Source of the DNA: Octopus bimaculoides
Taxonomy: Eukaryota
Assembly: GCF_001194135.2 (NCBI RefSeq)
Contig: NC_069003.1
Location: forward strand, 7,166,979 to 7,207,546
DNA: 40,568 nucleotides
Reading direction: 5' to 3'
How positions within the stretch are numbered: position 1 is the stretch's first letter; each line of letters opens with the position of its first letter. The notes beneath the pieces were generated by a model. That model did not search any database. It was not told the origin of the DNA and saw only the letters and a program-made list of their open reading frames with translations. Below are positions 37,401 through 40,568 of this stretch, in pieces. The translations under genes were made by a program, and so were the position numbers.

Positions 37401-38133
37401 AGAACGAACGAACGAAAGTACGTAAGAACGAACGAACGTACCTTGTGTCCGTACGTACAAACGAACGAACGAACGAAAGAACGAACAAACGAACGTACGT
37501 ATGTACGAACGAACCTGCGTACGTACAAACGAACGAACGAACGTACGAACGAAAGCACGAACAAACGAACCTGCGTACGTACGTACAAATGAACGAACGA
37601 ATGTACGAACGAACTAACGAACGAATGAACGAGTGTACAAAAGAACGAACGCACGAGCGTACAAACGAACGAACGAATGAACATAAGTACGTACGAACGA
37701 ACGAACGTACATATGTACGTTGGTTCGTACATACGTACGTTCTTTCTTTCGTTCGTTCGCTCCTTCGTACGTAAGTTCGTTCGTATGTACGTACGTTCGT
37801 TTCTTCGTTCGTTCGCGCGTACTTAAGGACTTATGTACGTACGTTCGTTCGTACGTACGTATGTACGTTCTTTCGTACGGACTAACGTACGTCCATACGT
37901 ACGAACGAACGAACATACGTAGGAACGTACATACGTACGGATGGATGAAAGAACGAACGAAGTCCTTAAGTACGAGCAAACGAACGAACAAACGAACTTA
38001 CGTACGAAGGAGCGAACGAACGTACGTCCGTTCATTCGTTAGTTCGTTTGTACGTACCTTCTTTCGTTCGTTTGTTCTTTTGTACGCTCGTTCTTTCCTT
38101 TCTTCATTTGTGCGTACTCCGTTCGTTCACACG

Positions 38134-38186
38134 TAAATATAAATAAATATATATATATATATATTTAAATATATATATATATATAT
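38134..38186. repeat. (TA)n-rich run within or at the edge of the satellite
   Basis: Directly visible, followed by an N gap. Confidence 0.85.
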
Positions 38187-40568
38187 NNNNNNNNNNNNNN
38201 NNNNNNNNNNNNNNNNNNNNNNNNNNNNNNNNNNNNNNNNNNNNNNNNNNNNNNNNNNNNNNNNNNNNNNNNNNNNNNNNNNNNNNTCGTTCGTACCTAC
38301 GTTCGTTCGTACGTACGTACGTTCTTTCGTTCATTCAAACGTACGTATCTTCGTTCATTTGTACTTACGTACGTAACTACGTACGTTCTTTCGTTAGTCC
38401 GTTCGAATGTTCCTACGTACGTTCGTCCTTTCGTTCGTTCATTCTTTTTTACGGACGTTCGTTTCGCTGGTTCGTTCGATCGTTCGTTATTTCGTTCATT
38501 CTTTCGTTCGATATTTCGTGTCTACGTACATACGTACGTACGTTCGTTCCATCGTTCGTCCTTCGTTTCGTTCGTTCTTTCTTTCGTTCTTACGTACGNN
38601 NNNNNNNNNNNNNNNNNNNNNNNNNNNNNNNNNNNNNNNNNNNNNNNNNNNNNNNNNNNNNNNNNNNNNNNNNNNNNNNNNNNNNNNNNNNNNNNNNNNN
38701 NNNNNNNNNNNNNNNNNNNNNNNNNNNNNNNNNNNNNNNNNNNNNNNNNNNNNNNNNNNNNNNNNNNNNNNNNNNNNNNNNNNNNNNNNNNNNNNNNNNN
38801 NNNNNNNNNNNNNNNNNNNNNNNNNNNNNNNNNNNNNNNNNNNNNNNNNNNNNNNNNNNNNNNNNNNNNNNNNNNNNNNNNNNNNNNNNNNNNNNNNNNN
38901 NNNNNNNNNNNNNNNNNNNNNNNNNNNNNNNNNNNNNNNNNNNNNNNNNNNNNNNNNNNNNNNNNNNNNNNNNNNNNNNNNNNNNNNNNNNNNNNNNNNN
39001 NNNNNNNNNNNNNNNNNNNNNNNNNNNNNNNNNNNNNNNNNNNNNNNNNNNNNNNNNNNNNNNNNNNNNNNNNNNNNNNNNNNNNNNNNNNNNNNNNNNN
39101 NNNNNNNNNNNNNNNNNNNNNNNNNNNNNNNNNNNNNNNNNNNNNNNNNNNNNNNNNNNNNNNNNNNNNNNNNNNNNNNNNNNNNNNNNNNNNNNNNNNN
39201 NNNNNNNNNNNNNNNNNNNNNNNNNNNNNNNNNNNNNNNNNNNNNNNNNNNNNNNNNNNNNNNNNNNNNNNNNNNNNNNNNNNNNNNNNNNNNNNNNNNN
39301 NNNNNNNNNNNNNNNNNNNNNNNNNNNNNNNNNNNNNGTACGTACGTACGAACGAAGGAACGTACCTTATGTCCGTACGTACAAACGAACGAACGAACGT
39401 ACGTCCGTATTACGAATGATCGAACCTGCGTACGTACGTGCAAACGAACGAATGGACGAACAAATGAACGATCGAACTCAGATACGTACCTACGTACACA
39501 CGATCGAACGAAAAAACGTACGAACTAACGAACGAACGAACGTACGTGCAAATGTACGTACTTACGTAAGCACGTACGTACGAACGTACCTTATGTCCAT
39601 ACGTACGAACGAAGGAACATACGTCCGTATTACGAACGATCGAACCTGCGTACGTACGTGTGAACGAACGGACGAACGAACTTTTGAACGATCGAACGAA
39701 CGTAAGAACGTACTAACGAATTAACGAACGTAAGTACAAACGAATGAACGAGCGCACAAAACAACGTACGAACGAAAAAGACTTACGTACAAACCAACGA
39801 ACGAACGAAAGTAAAAGAAAACGAACGTACGTATGTACGTACGTACGAACATTCGAACGAACGATCTTTCGTACATACACAAGAACGTACGTACGTATGT
39901 ACGAACGAAGGAACGGAAGTACGTAGGAACATTCGAACGAACGACCTTTCGTACGTACCTACGAACGAATGAACGGACGTACGAACGACCGAACGAAAGA
40001 ACGTACGTATGTAAGTGCGTAAGTACAAACGAACGAAGATACGTACGAACCAACGAACGTACTTACGAACTAACGCACGTACGTAGGTGCGTGTCTGAGT
40101 TCGTTCGTTCATTCGTTCATATTTACGTACGTTCGTTTATTTGTTCGTCCGTTCGTACGTACATACGTTCGTTCGTTTGCACGTACGTACGCAGGTTCGA
40201 TCGTCCGTAATACGGACGTTCGTTTGTACGTACGGACATAATGTACGTTCCTTCATTCGATCGTTCGTAAGTACGTTTGCACGTATGTTCGTTCGTTAGT
40301 TCGCACGTACGTACGTTCTTTCGTTCGAACGTACGTATGTACGTACATTCGTTCGTTTGTTTGTACGTACGTACGCACTTTCGTTCGTTCGTACTTACTT
40401 ATGTAAATGCGTACGTACGTTTGGTCGTTCGTTCGTACGTGCGTACGTTCGTTCATTCATTCCTTCTTTCGTTCGTTCGTGCGTACGTACGTATGTACTT
40501 TCGTTCGTACTTACGTACGTACGTTCGATCATTCGTTCGTTCGTTCGTTCGTTCGTGCGTACGTACGT

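Larger units (their letters stand above)
16947..40568. repeat. CpG-rich satellite-like array of 4-nt-phased CGNN units with higher-order modules and alternating polarity
   Basis: Dominated by AACG/CGTT, TACG and ATCG. Recurrent modules include CCTTATGTCC and GTCCGTATTACGAACGATCGAACCTGCG on both strands. Interrupted by gaps and by the 27062-28476 insert. Confidence 0.95.

Noticed and set aside
16718-40456. Hundreds of ORFs rich in RTNE / FVRS / YVRT
   Set aside because: They are translations of stop-poor 4-nt repeats in all frames on both strands, with no domain motifs or splice context.
16947-40568. CRISPR-like or telomeric interpretation of the recurring modules
   Set aside because: There is no constant repeat with unique spacers and no cas genes in this eukaryotic context, and no TTAGGG-type repeats.
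16947-40568. Many ACGT-core transcription-factor motifs (HRE/CRE-like)
   Set aside because: They are an inevitable by-product of the tetramer composition and are not evidence of regulation.

Overview
Eukaryotic, AT-rich, gapped draft-assembly sequence; the SINE and microsatellite content looks like an octopus (coleoid cephalopod) genome, which is an inference from recognised repeat types. The left ~16 kb holds two internal coding exons of a CDR2/CDR2L-family coiled-coil gene on the + strand (7130-7242, 8657-8805). Around them are tRNA-derived SINEs, TTAA-flanked MITEs, (TA)n/(CAT)n microsatellites and several fold-back elements; two of these carry hammerhead-ribozyme-like cores. A CR1/L2-type LINE RT fragment lies at 16451-16846. 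From 16947 to the end is a ~23.6 kb satellite-like array with CG repeated in a 4-nt register (AACG/TACG/ATCG). The array has conserved 30-50 bp landmark modules, about 26 strand-polarity flips that often occur at the same conserved junctions, kb-scale direct and inverted copies, and one LTR-like insertion. Almost all ORFs in the supplied track are spurious products of simple repeats or N gaps.
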